A DNA stretch of 64,000 nt. It comes from a virus (taxonomy: Duplodnaviria; Caudoviricetes). Both the position numbers and the translations under genes were made by a program. The stretch covers positions 1 through 64,000 of the IMG/VR virus record IMGVR_UViG_3300025018_000142, one strand, 5' to 3'. The notes beneath the pieces are model-generated. The model made no database searches. It saw only the letters and a program-made list of their open reading frames with translations, and had not been told where the DNA came from. Shown in pieces: positions 49,986 to 59,209 of this stretch. The first letter of the stretch is position 1. The number at the start of each line of letters is the position of its first letter.

Positions 49986-50657
49986 TTATTCTTCCTCATC
50001 CGAACTTTGCATCAGAACATCAGCATCCACCCATCCTTTCTTCTTCTTTCTCTCCCCTTCGACATGTTTATAAAACTTCAGGGCTTCAGATTCTACATTT
50101 TTCTGAATCTTCTTCCCCAAATCTTCTTCATTTCTCTTCTCAATTCCCTTTTCCTGATTAATTCTCTTAACAAAACTTGGAATCACAACGGGGATTTCTG
50201 TTTTCTCTTCTCTGTTTTCAGATTTCTTATTTCTTATTTCTTCTTTTAGCCTAGTCGGAAGGGAGTTGACAACTAGTTGACAACCAGTTGGCAAGTAATT
50301 ACAAACTAATAATTGAATAGATTCTGGCAACCTCAATAATTCCATGATAAATCCTTTTCTTTGATTCTCATTTTTAGATTCATCTTTCGCATAAAACTGA
50401 TATTTGAAAACATTCACAATAAAAATATAATTATTCTGATATACTACCTTCCCCTCTAATTCTTTAATCACACGATCAAACTCTTCTTTCTTTATATCGA
50501 GAATGGCCATAACACTCCGATCCAATAATTCAAAAGTACCAGTTAACTCCAATTTAGGATTAGTAATAAAGAACAGAAACATTCTTTGAGCATTGGCTGA
50601 TAAAGAAACGAACCAAGAATCTTCCCATATCCTCGTTTGTACAACTCTTGTTTTCAT
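49986..50657 (-). CDS. phage replication initiator
   Basis: VQTRIWEDSWF..LS.NAQRMFLFFITNP wHTH pattern; internal iterons. Confidence 0.75.
   Translation of the reverse strand: MKTRVVQTRIWEDSWFVSLSANAQRMFLFFITNPKLELTGTFELLDRSVMAILDIKKEEFDRVIKELEGKVVYQNNYIFIVNVFKYQFYAKDESKNENQRKGFIMELLRLPESIQLLVCNYLPTGCQLVVNSLPTRLKEEIRNKKSENREEKTEIPVVIPSFVKRINQEKGIEKRNEEDLGKKIQKNVESEALKFYKHVEGERKKKKGWVDADVLMQSSDEEE
50264..50296. repeat. three tandem 11-bp palindromic iterons in the initiator gene
   Basis: agttgacaact agttgacaacc agttggcaagt, adjacent to tttcttatttcttattt. Confidence 0.7.
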
Positions 50658-50698
50658 ATTGTTCTGGCAGGTAAAATTATTTCTTCAAAAAGAATCAC

Positions 50699-50796
50699 AA
50701 GGGGGAACATTTACCAGTCAATCCCTACCAAAAAATTAACCAGTTATTCCCCCTTATCATTCCTTTTTATTCTGAAATCCTCTTGATTGGTAGGGA
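50699..50796 (-). promoter_or_regulatory. structured 5' leader of the replication gene (interleaved helices)
   Basis: TCCCTACCAA/TTGGTAGGGA and AAGGGGGAA/TTCCCCCTT pairs in A-B-A'-B' order. Confidence 0.6.
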
Positions 50797-50804
50797 CATG
50801 GCTA

Positions 50805-50833
50805 AATCTACCACTATGTGATACCATTGTCAA
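50805..50833 (-). promoter_or_regulatory. sigma70 promoter for the replication gene
   Basis: TTGACA(50833-50828)-17-TAGATT. Confidence 0.7.
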
Positions 50834-50860
50834 TCTACTAATCTTAACCCACAACTATCA

Positions 50861-51187
50861 ATGAAATTGACGATTAAACCGCTATCGGTAAACAGATGCT
50901 GGCAAGGAAAACGATTTAAGACGAGAGGGTACATCCTCTATGAGCGACTGATACTTGCAATCCTTCCTAATGACATTGTTATTCCTGCAGGAAAGTTGCA
51001 GGCTAGGTATACATTCGGAGTCAGCAGCAAAAACGCCGATAATGATAATCCAGTTAAGCCATTCCAAGACATCTTACAAAAGAAATACGGATTCAATGAT
51101 CACCGAATATATAAAACGATTGTAGAGAAAACAGATGTCCCCAAGGGGGGGGAATTTATTGAGTTCTCTCTTACTGCGTATCCTTAG
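50861..51187 (+). CDS. rusA: RusA-like resolvase (only plus-strand gene of phage B)
   Basis: KPLSVN, DNDNPVKPFQDIL...FND..I. Confidence 0.8.
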   Translation: MKLTIKPLSVNRCWQGKRFKTRGYILYERLILAILPNDIVIPAGKLQARYTFGVSSKNADNDNPVKPFQDILQKKYGFNDHRIYKTIVEKTDVPKGGEFIEFSLTAYP

Positions 51188-51452
51188 GAGGGATATAGCG
51201 CAGGTCAAAGTTCTTCAGTAACATATCCAATTTACCATTAATCTGCTTGATGTCCTGTTCGTTTGTATATTTTGACTGCTCCAAAGTGTAAATCTTATCC
51301 TGCTGTGCGTCCACGGTCAAGATTAAATTGTTCTGTTTAATATTGTTTGAAACGATGTATGCAACAAGCGAACCAATTGCAATAATTACTGACAAATTCT
51401 TCTGTAGAAATGCGAGTAACTCTGAGGTCTCTTTTTCTGCTGCATCTTTCAT
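51171..51452 (-). CDS. membrane protein with coiled coil
   Basis: TM helix plus IKQINGKLDMLL. Confidence 0.6.
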   Translation of the reverse strand: MKDAAEKETSELLAFLQKNLSVIIAIGSLVAYIVSNNIKQNNLILTVDAQQDKIYTLEQSKYTNEQDIKQINGKLDMLLKNFDLRYIPPKDTQ

Positions 51453-51748
51453 GTTTTATTTAACACTAAAGGGTTAGGTAAAACAATCCATTCAACAAAT
51501 TCTCTGTTTTCTTCAATGAATAATAGAAGCTCATCTTTATAAATGATCAAATCACCATTCTCATCTATTGCTTCTGTACGATACTTATAGCTTGGATCAA
51601 CCAATTTCTCGTTTCTCCATTCGCAGAATTTTGTGAACTTTGTAAATACATCCCTGTAGTCATAACAATTCTTGAGCTTAGTACTAGCAGCTAGTTTGAT
51701 CTCAGCAAGATTAAGGAGTTCCTCTGTTGTTCGTATTTTTTTGTTCAT
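51449..51748 (-). CDS. hypothetical protein
   Basis: ORF starting just past the IS end. Confidence 0.55.
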   Translation of the reverse strand: MNKKIRTTEELLNLAEIKLAASTKLKNCYDYRDVFTKFTKFCEWRNEKLVDPSYKYRTEAIDENGDLIIYKDELLLFIEENREFVEWIVLPNPLVLNKT

Positions 51749-51763
51749 GGCAATAATGAAGAA

Positions 51764-52223
51764 CCCCGCAGCAAGCTGACGGGGTATCTAGCGGTTAATT
51801 TATTTCATACTCAAAGAATGTGAGCTGATTTCGCTCAATTAAGTCCTATTGTTGCCCTTGCTTTTGTACGTACTCCCTAATCACATTCTCGTTTCCATAT
51901 TGTCCAACTGTAGTTGCATAGTATCCGCTACTCCAGAAGCTTCCTCCCCACAAGAATTTTTTCACTTCCTTGTGTCGCCGAAAGATTTCCCTCGCGGTAA
52001 GACTCTTTGTTATCTGTACGATATCTTTTACCTTCAGCACAAATTTCACGAAGACTCAGAGTTACCGCCTCGGTAAATACTTTTCGTCTGTATCGTACAG
52101 GATACACCATGTGGTACAAAAGCAGGGTTTTGTTATGACTCTTTTTAATGTGCTCCACCATTCTTTGATCTTAGCACGGTTCCCGTGCTAACAACTCCAA
52201 CCGCAGCAAGCTGCGGGGAAATC
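51764..52223 (-). mobile_element. IS200/IS605-family element (tnpA only), defective
   Basis: Subterminal hairpins CCCCGCAGC-AA-GCTG(A)CGGGG (51764-51784) and CCGCAGC-AA-GCTGCGG (52201-52216); 9-bp hairpin 52171-52191 before tnpA. Confidence 0.85.
51846..52161 (-). pseudogene. tnpA: Y1 HUH transposase pseudogene
   Basis: LLYHMVYPVRYRRKVF and KSLTAREIF...WGGSFWSSGYYATTVG...YVQKQG in different frames; HUH (DHVH) segment absent; in-frame TAG before the QLTFF tail. Confidence 0.88.
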
Positions 52224-52285
52224 TTCTCGATTATATTAAGGTAGGAAATAATGTGCTCTAAAGTTAAATTCATCATATCTTCTTA

Positions 52286-53023
52286 CTACAAATCAGTCAA
52301 CAAAATTCCCGTTATTGCCATATTGTCATTCATGGCCCACGTGAACGGAGAAGTGTTTTGAATATAGGCGTTAGCATAGGTAGGGTACACAAAGGCAGCG
52401 GAAGTGAATGCTCCAAACCCATAAGGAGCTGTGCCGGAATCATCCCCCCTCGCACTCATCGAACTCACAGCCGCACCGGTGAACGGAAGTGTGAAACTCC
52501 ATATTCCTGTACCAAACGTGGTTGCACTCCCCGCAGACCAGTTAATAATAATAAGAGCAAACTTCCCTTGCAAATTGAACTTCCCCGTCAGAACCCCATT
52601 GCCTAATACCGGCGGAGTACCTGATGTAGCCCAATTCGGAGTGTAGGAATGATAGGCAGGAAATCCTAGTGGATTCTCCACACGCGAATAATAATTAGCT
52701 GATATTGCAGCATTAGCAACAGTATAATTAGTCCCGCCTGTTACCGTCAGTAGCGTACTCGTGACCGCAGTAACATAGAAATACTTTACCGTTGTTTGAG
52801 TAAATTTTATCTTGTCACCCACCTTGTACTTTGATGTGGCTCCGGTTGGAACAGTGATAGTTGTGGCAGAAGCATAAGTCCATGTTTCATTAGCAGGAAT
52901 CCAACCAGTTTCGATATTATTAATGGCCGTATAGAAACCAGCATCATTTGTACCCAATAGATTCCACTTCGCAGCGGTAGGTACTTCGAAAGCTACAACA
53001 GACCATGCATTATAACCAGTCAT
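52286..53023 (-). CDS. tail fibre / receptor-binding protein
   Basis: YKVGDKIKFTQ...YSRVENPLGFP; YTPNW...LGNGVLTGKF domain. Confidence 0.75.
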   Translation of the reverse strand: MTGYNAWSVVAFEVPTAAKWNLLGTNDAGFYTAINNIETGWIPANETWTYASATTITVPTGATSKYKVGDKIKFTQTTVKYFYVTAVTSTLLTVTGGTNYTVANAAISANYYSRVENPLGFPAYHSYTPNWATSGTPPVLGNGVLTGKFNLQGKFALIIINWSAGSATTFGTGIWSFTLPFTGAAVSSMSARGDDSGTAPYGFGAFTSAAFVYPTYANAYIQNTSPFTWAMNDNMAITGILLTDL

Positions 53024-53442
53024 TACAGCTTCTTGATAATAAAGTTATCGATATTCTGTTCACCATTCTCCAGCTTATACTCTGAAGGCTTTGAACTAAC
53101 CCTTCCCAACACTTTCTCAATATCCTTCTTCGTAACATGATTCTCCTCAATCCCTTTCACGCCCTTTTCCTGCTCACTCAATCGACTATCATTCCCACAT
53201 AGGCACTGAAATCCTAAATATCCATCCAAACGGTGACGAGTAGCCAACAGCCACATCTTTCCCCTCCCATCAACCTTCGGTTCGATTCTGCCGTCTTTAT
53301 ACACTTCGGCAACAACTCTTCCACACCCTCCACAAATAACCTGATCAATAACTTCACCCGAAATGATATTCTCAATAGTCTTTCGTTGACCTTCGGGCAA
53401 CTTATTTAATATTTTTCTCACTTCATCTATTCCCAATTTCAT
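53023..53442 (-). CDS. zinc-binding protein
   Basis: CGGCGR and FQCLCGND; TGnTAGAAT-5 nt-ATG upstream. Confidence 0.7.
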   Translation of the reverse strand: MKLGIDEVRKILNKLPEGQRKTIENIISGEVIDQVICGGCGRVVAEVYKDGRIEPKVDGRGKMWLLATRHRLDGYLGFQCLCGNDSRLSEQEKGVKGIEENHVTKKDIEKVLGRVSSKPSEYKLENGEQNIDNFIIKKL

Positions 53443-53473
53443 ACCCTATTCTAACAAAATTAGTTCCCTCTTA

Positions 53474-54268
53474 CTATATAACAACATACGGCTTTATAAT
53501 TGCCCTGATACCCGAACCCACAAAATATTGTCCAACATCACTCCAATCCGTACCATCTGCCTTTTCAAAGGTTAATGTTCTACCCAACCAAGTACTTACT
53601 ATTGCAGGAACATTCCCTGTTGGCCCATAAATCGATATCCTTTGTTCATAAACTTCTAATTCGTTAGGAGGAGGTTCGAGACTTACAATCGCCACCCCAC
53701 CAGGGAAAGGTATGGAGATAGTATTCCCCGATCCTGAAATGATATACCATCCTGACGAGAACTCATCAATCATTATTTCTCTTCCAATCTGCCTATAAGC
53801 AACATCAATCAAAGAGGTACTAATATCCAATGTCCCACTTCCGTTCCATACCGAAACATCCGTTACCGAATTATTTAATAACTGATAAGGCCATCCAGTA
53901 GGTTCAACAAACTTCGAGAACCGAATCTCCTGTATATCATTTGGAATAAAATCGTAATTACTTACATGAATCTTTCCTTCTTCAACAGCAAAAACAACCA
54001 AGTAATAATATCCATCAGAAGAGGGGGTTAAGTCCCCCGCATTCGCCCTAATTCTGATTCTATCTCCTATAGCGAACTGCACAAGAGCATTTCCTGTATA
54101 CGATAAATAGGTGTCAGCCACTCCAAACAAAGCAGGGTTCATCACTACCCAATCCGAATCAATAGGCAACAATTGATTTCTACCCGTATCATCAGCAGTC
54201 TTCAATTGACTATTACTTGAATATTTGTTCGAATCGGTTGTTATAACAGTTCCCATATTACGGTGCAA
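53474..54268 (-). CDS. tail fibre paralog
   Basis: FAIGDRIRIRA...FSKFVEPTGWP, paralogous to 52286-53023. Confidence 0.65.
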   Translation of the reverse strand: MHRNMGTVITTDSNKYSSNSQLKTADDTGRNQLLPIDSDWVVMNPALFGVADTYLSYTGNALVQFAIGDRIRIRANAGDLTPSSDGYYYLVVFAVEEGKIHVSNYDFIPNDIQEIRFSKFVEPTGWPYQLLNNSVTDVSVWNGSGTLDISTSLIDVAYRQIGREIMIDEFSSGWYIISGSGNTISIPFPGGVAIVSLEPPPNELEVYEQRISIYGPTGNVPAIVSTWLGRTLTFEKADGTDWSDVGQYFVGSGIRAIIKPYVVI

Positions 54269-55745
54269 TCATATCAGTTCCGCCAACGGCGGATACCCCT
54301 ATTGTAAAGTAATTAGAATTATCAAGCAATTTTCCGACAGTAACAATCTGCGTAAACTTCCCCGGTAATCCAATCCGATTAATAATCTTAATCACTCTGA
54401 ATACTTCAATCACTCCATTCAAATCGATTCTCACGGCATCTCCTAACTGTAACGTCATATCACCCTTAATTTCCAACTGCTTTATTTCTCCAACATCAGT
54501 AAAGGTATGCAGAATAATCAACGCTTTACTTTGTGCATTATCCACATCACCAAAGAAATCATTATTGATCGATAAAATCTTTTCTCCATATTTATCAACT
54601 GAACTCGAATCTTCCTCGCGAATATAAATATCCTGAACAGGAACTGCAGGGGTGGCAAATATAACGACACTCGTCACCCATAAATCAGCACTTCCGTTGT
54701 TAGTGAATACCAACTGCAAAGAAGTATCGAATAAATACGAACTCGACAACACAACACTACTTGAAGCAACCCCCGAACCATCTTGAAGCGTATTTACTTC
54801 ATAATATGAGGTTTTCTTGCTGGTAACATAAACAGGATCAACGGCACTCGTAACAGGTTCCTGAAAACTAATCCATATTGGAACACTCTGACCATGAAGA
54901 ATCTGAATAGGCTGTGTCAATTGACCGTACATCTGCAAAGATTGAACCTCACGAATCTTCCCCTCAACAACAACAACATTCACTAATTCATCATTACTTT
55001 TAGGCACTGAATTAACAATATTCCTATATGAATCCAAATACATCTTCACATCGGAACTATACCCCTGTCTGTTTTTAAAGGTGATTGCCCCATCTTCATC
55101 CATAAATAGTCTTCCGCCTTCTGCTTCCATTAACTTGAAAACAAGATCCCCCAAAACCTCTCCTTTTTTTGCATAGACAAACGGTATTCGATTAAGCCCG
55201 ACATCGAGATTCATTTGCACATCCAATACTCCTTGATCATTGAACAAAGTCCTCAATATCTCATCGGTTCTCTTGTCTATAAACATTGATGATTCATCCA
55301 GCGGTTTCTTTAAGAAATAAGATAAGAAATCGATTGCATGAAGAATAACGATCTTAGATTTCTCATTGACACTAGGCATTCCATCGGTAAGACCAACGAA
55401 CGACTGTACGACTTCACTTCCGAATCCGGAATATATCTTGACTGGCCTTGCTGGCAACATATAAATACTCAATACAGAGCTCCCATTTGGAGTGAACAAT
55501 CCATCATGATTATCTAGAATAATATCCGCCATCCCCGAAGATACAGATGCATACATTTGTTCCTCACGTGTCCATTCAACGTCAACAATACGGCCGCTAT
55601 AATCTGTATACAGATATTTATCCCAGTCTTGAATTCCTTGCAATGTTGGCTCTTGGAGTTTAGAGAACGATATAAAAACATCACCTCTAATTGGCCTAGC
55701 ATCTGAAGTTGCCAATGTTTTGAATAAGACCGAAGTGTTTTGCAT
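54258..55745 (-). CDS. tail hub/baseplate (Tal-like) protein
   Basis: After Dit; LMEAEGGRLFMDEDGAITFKNR, SVDKYGEK, LQLGDAVRI. Confidence 0.72.
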   Translation of the reverse strand: MQNTSVLFKTLATSDARPIRGDVFISFSKLQEPTLQGIQDWDKYLYTDYSGRIVDVEWTREEQMYASVSSGMADIILDNHDGLFTPNGSSVLSIYMLPARPVKIYSGFGSEVVQSFVGLTDGMPSVNEKSKIVILHAIDFLSYFLKKPLDESSMFIDKRTDEILRTLFNDQGVLDVQMNLDVGLNRIPFVYAKKGEVLGDLVFKLMEAEGGRLFMDEDGAITFKNRQGYSSDVKMYLDSYRNIVNSVPKSNDELVNVVVVEGKIREVQSLQMYGQLTQPIQILHGQSVPIWISFQEPVTSAVDPVYVTSKKTSYYEVNTLQDGSGVASSSVVLSSSYLFDTSLQLVFTNNGSADLWVTSVVIFATPAVPVQDIYIREEDSSSVDKYGEKILSINNDFFGDVDNAQSKALIILHTFTDVGEIKQLEIKGDMTLQLGDAVRIDLNGVIEVFRVIKIINRIGLPGKFTQIVTVGKLLDNSNYFTIGVSAVGGTDMIAP

Positions 55746-56116
55746 TATGAAAAAGCAAACTGCTCAGTAACGTTAAGCTTAAAGTCTTTAATGATGACCG
55801 CATTGTACTTAAGTTGTTGAGCGCTAATATCGAGAAGCACGGGGGCATTAATTCCGAATGCAGGAATCTGTAAAATAGGGAATGTGTGGTATGTAAAGCG
55901 CCATAAATAATAGTTATAGATGACATCGAAGTCCGAACGCATTAGATTGTCCCAGCTTATTACCCAAGAACGCCGTATATTCAGAAAATCCGTATACAAA
56001 GTACCCCCTAACGTTTCATTTACCGTCTCGTGTGCCTTGTAGTCACGAGTACAATTCGAATAGTTAGCCAGCTTCTGGCCATTAATATAAATCGACATAT
56101 CTAATGCTTCGTTCAT
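55745..56116 (-). CDS. distal tail (Dit-like) protein
   Basis: After tape measure; GGTLYTDF...RRSWVISW. Confidence 0.65.
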   Translation of the reverse strand: MNEALDMSIYINGQKLANYSNCTRDYKAHETVNETLGGTLYTDFLNIRRSWVISWDNLMRSDFDVIYNYYLWRFTYHTFPILQIPAFGINAPVLLDISAQQLKYNAVIIKDFKLNVTEQFAFS

Positions 56117-56120
56117 TCTA

Positions 56121-57923
56121 TCAACGTATTATCTTAACTTGTGGCCCATTTGCCCTCAATGCCTGATCAACTACTTCTTTGATTCTAAAACCAATTTCAC
56201 GTAGCTCACCTGCACTACTCGCAAGTACGCCCGTGAGAGGTATCGTCACATTGGTAACCTGCCCCGCAGAAAGGGATCCCTGCCTTCCCTCAACAGCTCC
56301 TGAAACTGTTTTCACTGCTCCCGCCATGCCCATTCGATTCTGGGCCGAAATTGAGGCTAATTCCGTAAACATGTCTGCGTAAGTATTTGTCATTTCGTTT
56401 GCGCCCTTATGTATCCAGTCAACTAAAGAAGGAGAATGACGTACAAATGGATTAAGTGCGTCATTAATTTTCTTCTTAATCTTGGTCATTAAATAATTCA
56501 AGTCATCCCAAGCCTTCCAAAACGGCTGCATTATCGCGTTATAAATGTTCTTTATTGCTTGCGTAATGGAGTTGGGCAAGCCTGCAAACCATCCCACCAC
56601 TTTTGCAGTTCCGTCTTTTATTCCCTTCCACATTGAGTTAAACCGATCAATCGAAAGGGTTACACTCTTAATGACAAGGCCAATCACGTAAACAATGGCC
56701 AAGAAAGCTGCGTACAAAACAACACCGATAACCTGTGCTATAAACTTCAATACAGGTATTAATATAGGCGATAGGATGTCCCACAATTTCTTAAGTGCAG
56801 GAATTAGCCCATTTTTACCAACAAACGCTTCCTTTAAATTGTTAAGTGCAGGAATTAGTGTTGGAGATATAATGTCCCACAACTGTTTGAGTGTTGTCTT
56901 TACGGCCTTCATCAGATTATCCCAGCCACCGAATTTGTCAACGAGTAACTTGAGAGCTAACCCAAGGAGTGCACCAACGGCGATAAAGGGAAGAAGAGGA
57001 GCCATTGTGGCCCATAAACTCGCAGCCAGTGCTGTTAATGCTGGGAGTAATGCGATTGTAATTGCTCCTGCAACCATATAAAGCGCTGCCTTATTATCGT
57101 CAAGTAGATTGTTAAAATAATCCCACACCGTTCCATCGCCAAGTATATTATCCATTAACTCAACTAATTGTTCCTTGAAAGGAGTAAGTCCATTATCGAT
57201 GGCCTCCCCAATCTGTTCCTGAATATTGCCAAACTGTACTCCAAGATGCGCATCGAGACCCTGGGATGTTTGCATTGCTACTTCGTTTGTAAATTTTAAG
57301 TTTTGTGCAAAGCCCTTGGTGATTGCTTTGACTTTGTCTGATTCTTTCCCGAACTGAATCATCTTCCTTTGCGCATCAGTGAAGCGGATACCTGACTTTT
57401 CCAGTACTCCGAATTGACCGTTAAGTGCTTTTGCAATCATATTCGCCGACTGTGCAACCTGTTCACCAGAAGCATTTACGCCGAACTGATTTACCGTTAA
57501 GTCAGCAAGCGATCCTCCCAAGTTTTGTACTGCCTTATTCGTAAGTCCAAATGTGGAAAGCTGTGCAAGCCCCGTTTTAATCGCATCATCATCAAGGACT
57601 CCTTTTGCAGACAATCTTTCAGCGAGGTATCCTGTCTGTTTTAGCTGTTCTTTTGTAGCCTTTGATACGCCAATAACTGCGTGTTCCAACTGTGCCTGTG
57701 CGGTTTGAGAGTCTTGGTAAGCAGCAACGGATTTAACCCCGAATGCGACAATCCCAACTGCGAGTCCCGTAACACCGGCAAGAAGAGCATTCGAACCTTG
57801 CTCGGCGTCTTTAAACGAGCCACGAAGTCCACCCATTAAGCCTCTTGCTTTGGTAACTTTACCTTCAAATTTTTTATCTTGAAGATCTAAATCGTAGTGT
57901 ACTCCTCCTATTGATTCTGACAT
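56121..57923 (-). CDS. tape measure protein (600 aa)
   Basis: Helical A/G-rich with a hydrophobic segment and W-periodic repeats; follows the chaperone. Confidence 0.9.
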   Translation of the reverse strand: MSESIGGVHYDLDLQDKKFEGKVTKARGLMGGLRGSFKDAEQGSNALLAGVTGLAVGIVAFGVKSVAAYQDSQTAQAQLEHAVIGVSKATKEQLKQTGYLAERLSAKGVLDDDAIKTGLAQLSTFGLTNKAVQNLGGSLADLTVNQFGVNASGEQVAQSANMIAKALNGQFGVLEKSGIRFTDAQRKMIQFGKESDKVKAITKGFAQNLKFTNEVAMQTSQGLDAHLGVQFGNIQEQIGEAIDNGLTPFKEQLVELMDNILGDGTVWDYFNNLLDDNKAALYMVAGAITIALLPALTALAASLWATMAPLLPFIAVGALLGLALKLLVDKFGGWDNLMKAVKTTLKQLWDIISPTLIPALNNLKEAFVGKNGLIPALKKLWDILSPILIPVLKFIAQVIGVVLYAAFLAIVYVIGLVIKSVTLSIDRFNSMWKGIKDGTAKVVGWFAGLPNSITQAIKNIYNAIMQPFWKAWDDLNYLMTKIKKKINDALNPFVRHSPSLVDWIHKGANEMTNTYADMFTELASISAQNRMGMAGAVKTVSGAVEGRQGSLSAGQVTNVTIPLTGVLASSAGELREIGFRIKEVVDQALRANGPQVKIIR

Positions 57924-57932
57924 AGTTCTTTA

Positions 57933-58237
57933 TTACCTCTGATTAAATGCTTTTTTTATTTCTTCGGTAGTCGACTGATTTTCCTCAGATAAATCTAGTA
58001 TATCATCTGTGCGACTTTTGAACGAGTCCAACACCTCTTTGCCACTGCCTTGCTCTAAATGCGGAAAGCTCACAACTGCCATATCAGTCAGTCGTATTCC
58101 TGCATCGACAGCGTAGGATTCGTTAAGTAGTGTAAAAAAAACAAATGCCGATTCATTCATGAGCGAATCGTATGTATATCCTGGATAGAAATGAAGAAAC
58201 CAAGCTATCTCACGGATGAGATTGTAGCTTTTTTTTT
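57933..58237 (-). CDS. tail assembly chaperone, -1 frameshift extension (GT)
   Basis: -1 frame opens exactly at the A9 run and reads KKSYNLIREIAWFLHFYPGYTYDSLMNESAF... Confidence 0.8.
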
Positions 58238-58660
58238 ATGAGTGTTTACCGAGATTCCTCTTCGTTCGAGTTCCTTAAGCTGTGCCGGTTTCGCAAGTCC
58301 CATGGCAACAGTTACAACCGACATGAGATTATCAATTGACAGCTCATACCCTTTAATTGCGGGGATAATCGCCTCAATATTATTGATGAATTCTTCAACG
58401 AGATCTAAAGTTTCCTCTGCATTAAGCGTGCCGCCTTTTTCGTTTTTCCTGTCTGATGACACTTTTTTCCACTTCTTCATCATTGTGCCCAGCCTGATTA
58501 ACGACTGCAGTGAGGGGGATGTGAGAATTACAGTATCGCCTTCTACATTTTGCTCACCTTTTTTTATACGAGCTTTTTGATTATCATTCAAAGGCATACG
58601 GATGTGTGCTTGTGGTTGTTCTACTGTTGAGAGGTCTAGATCTATGTGTTGGTCAGCCAT
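58205..58660 (-). CDS. tail assembly chaperone (G)
   Basis: Between tail tube and TMP; A_AAA_AAA slippery site near the end. Confidence 0.82.
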   Translation of the reverse strand: MADQHIDLDLSTVEQPQAHIRMPLNDNQKARIKKGEQNVEGDTVILTSPSLQSLIRLGTMMKKWKKVSSDRKNEKGGTLNAEETLDLVEEFINNIEAIIPAIKGYELSIDNLMSVVTVAMGLAKPAQLKELERRGISVNTHKKKATISSVR

Positions 58661-58671
58661 ATTTCTATTGG

Positions 58672-59199
58672 TTAAGAAATATCTTCATCACCAATTCGGC
58701 CAAGGATTGTTCCTTCTGGTTGTGTTTCATCTACTAAGGCCTCAAATGTCGATTCAAAGACCAATTGTTCGTCAACTTTAAATGGTAATTCGACTGATTC
58801 GCCTGCAGAGACTGCTTTGAATAGATAAATATCTTCTGAACGATCAGATGCAACCAAACGATTAGGATGTAAACGAATAAGTCCTGCACCTGCGAGTAGT
58901 GAATATCCTGCACTACAGCCGAAGCCTAACTTATCATCACCGCCTCCGTCTGTATAAGCACCTTCTGGGAGTACTTTTGTGAGGATTGCTTCGACTGGTT
59001 CTGCAAGAATAAGCTTCACTTTGGCACGCGTACCAACAATAACTTTGTCGACTGGAGTATCTCCCCACTTATCGACTGTCATATCGACAATTTTTCGTTC
59101 AATAGTTAAGGTGCTTCCACCTTTTGTGTGGCCCAATGAGATTTCTTTGAAGAATGCCTCGTATGCGCCAATTCTTAGGTTGTTTGTATTTAGTGCCAT
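58672..59199 (-). CDS. major tail (tube) protein
   Basis: LGHTKGG, VKLILAE, FESTFEALVD. Confidence 0.82.
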   Translation of the reverse strand: MALNTNNLRIGAYEAFFKEISLGHTKGGSTLTIERKIVDMTVDKWGDTPVDKVIVGTRAKVKLILAEPVEAILTKVLPEGAYTDGGGDDKLGFGCSAGYSLLAGAGLIRLHPNRLVASDRSEDIYLFKAVSAGESVELPFKVDEQLVFESTFEALVDETQPEGTILGRIGDEDIS

Positions 59200-59209
59200 A
59201 AATTTTGTT

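Noticed and set aside
51790-51848. TAG readthrough / alternative genetic code suggested by the in-frame TAG in tnpA
   Set aside because: All major genes of both phages are intact under code 11, and tnpA is independently broken by a deletion
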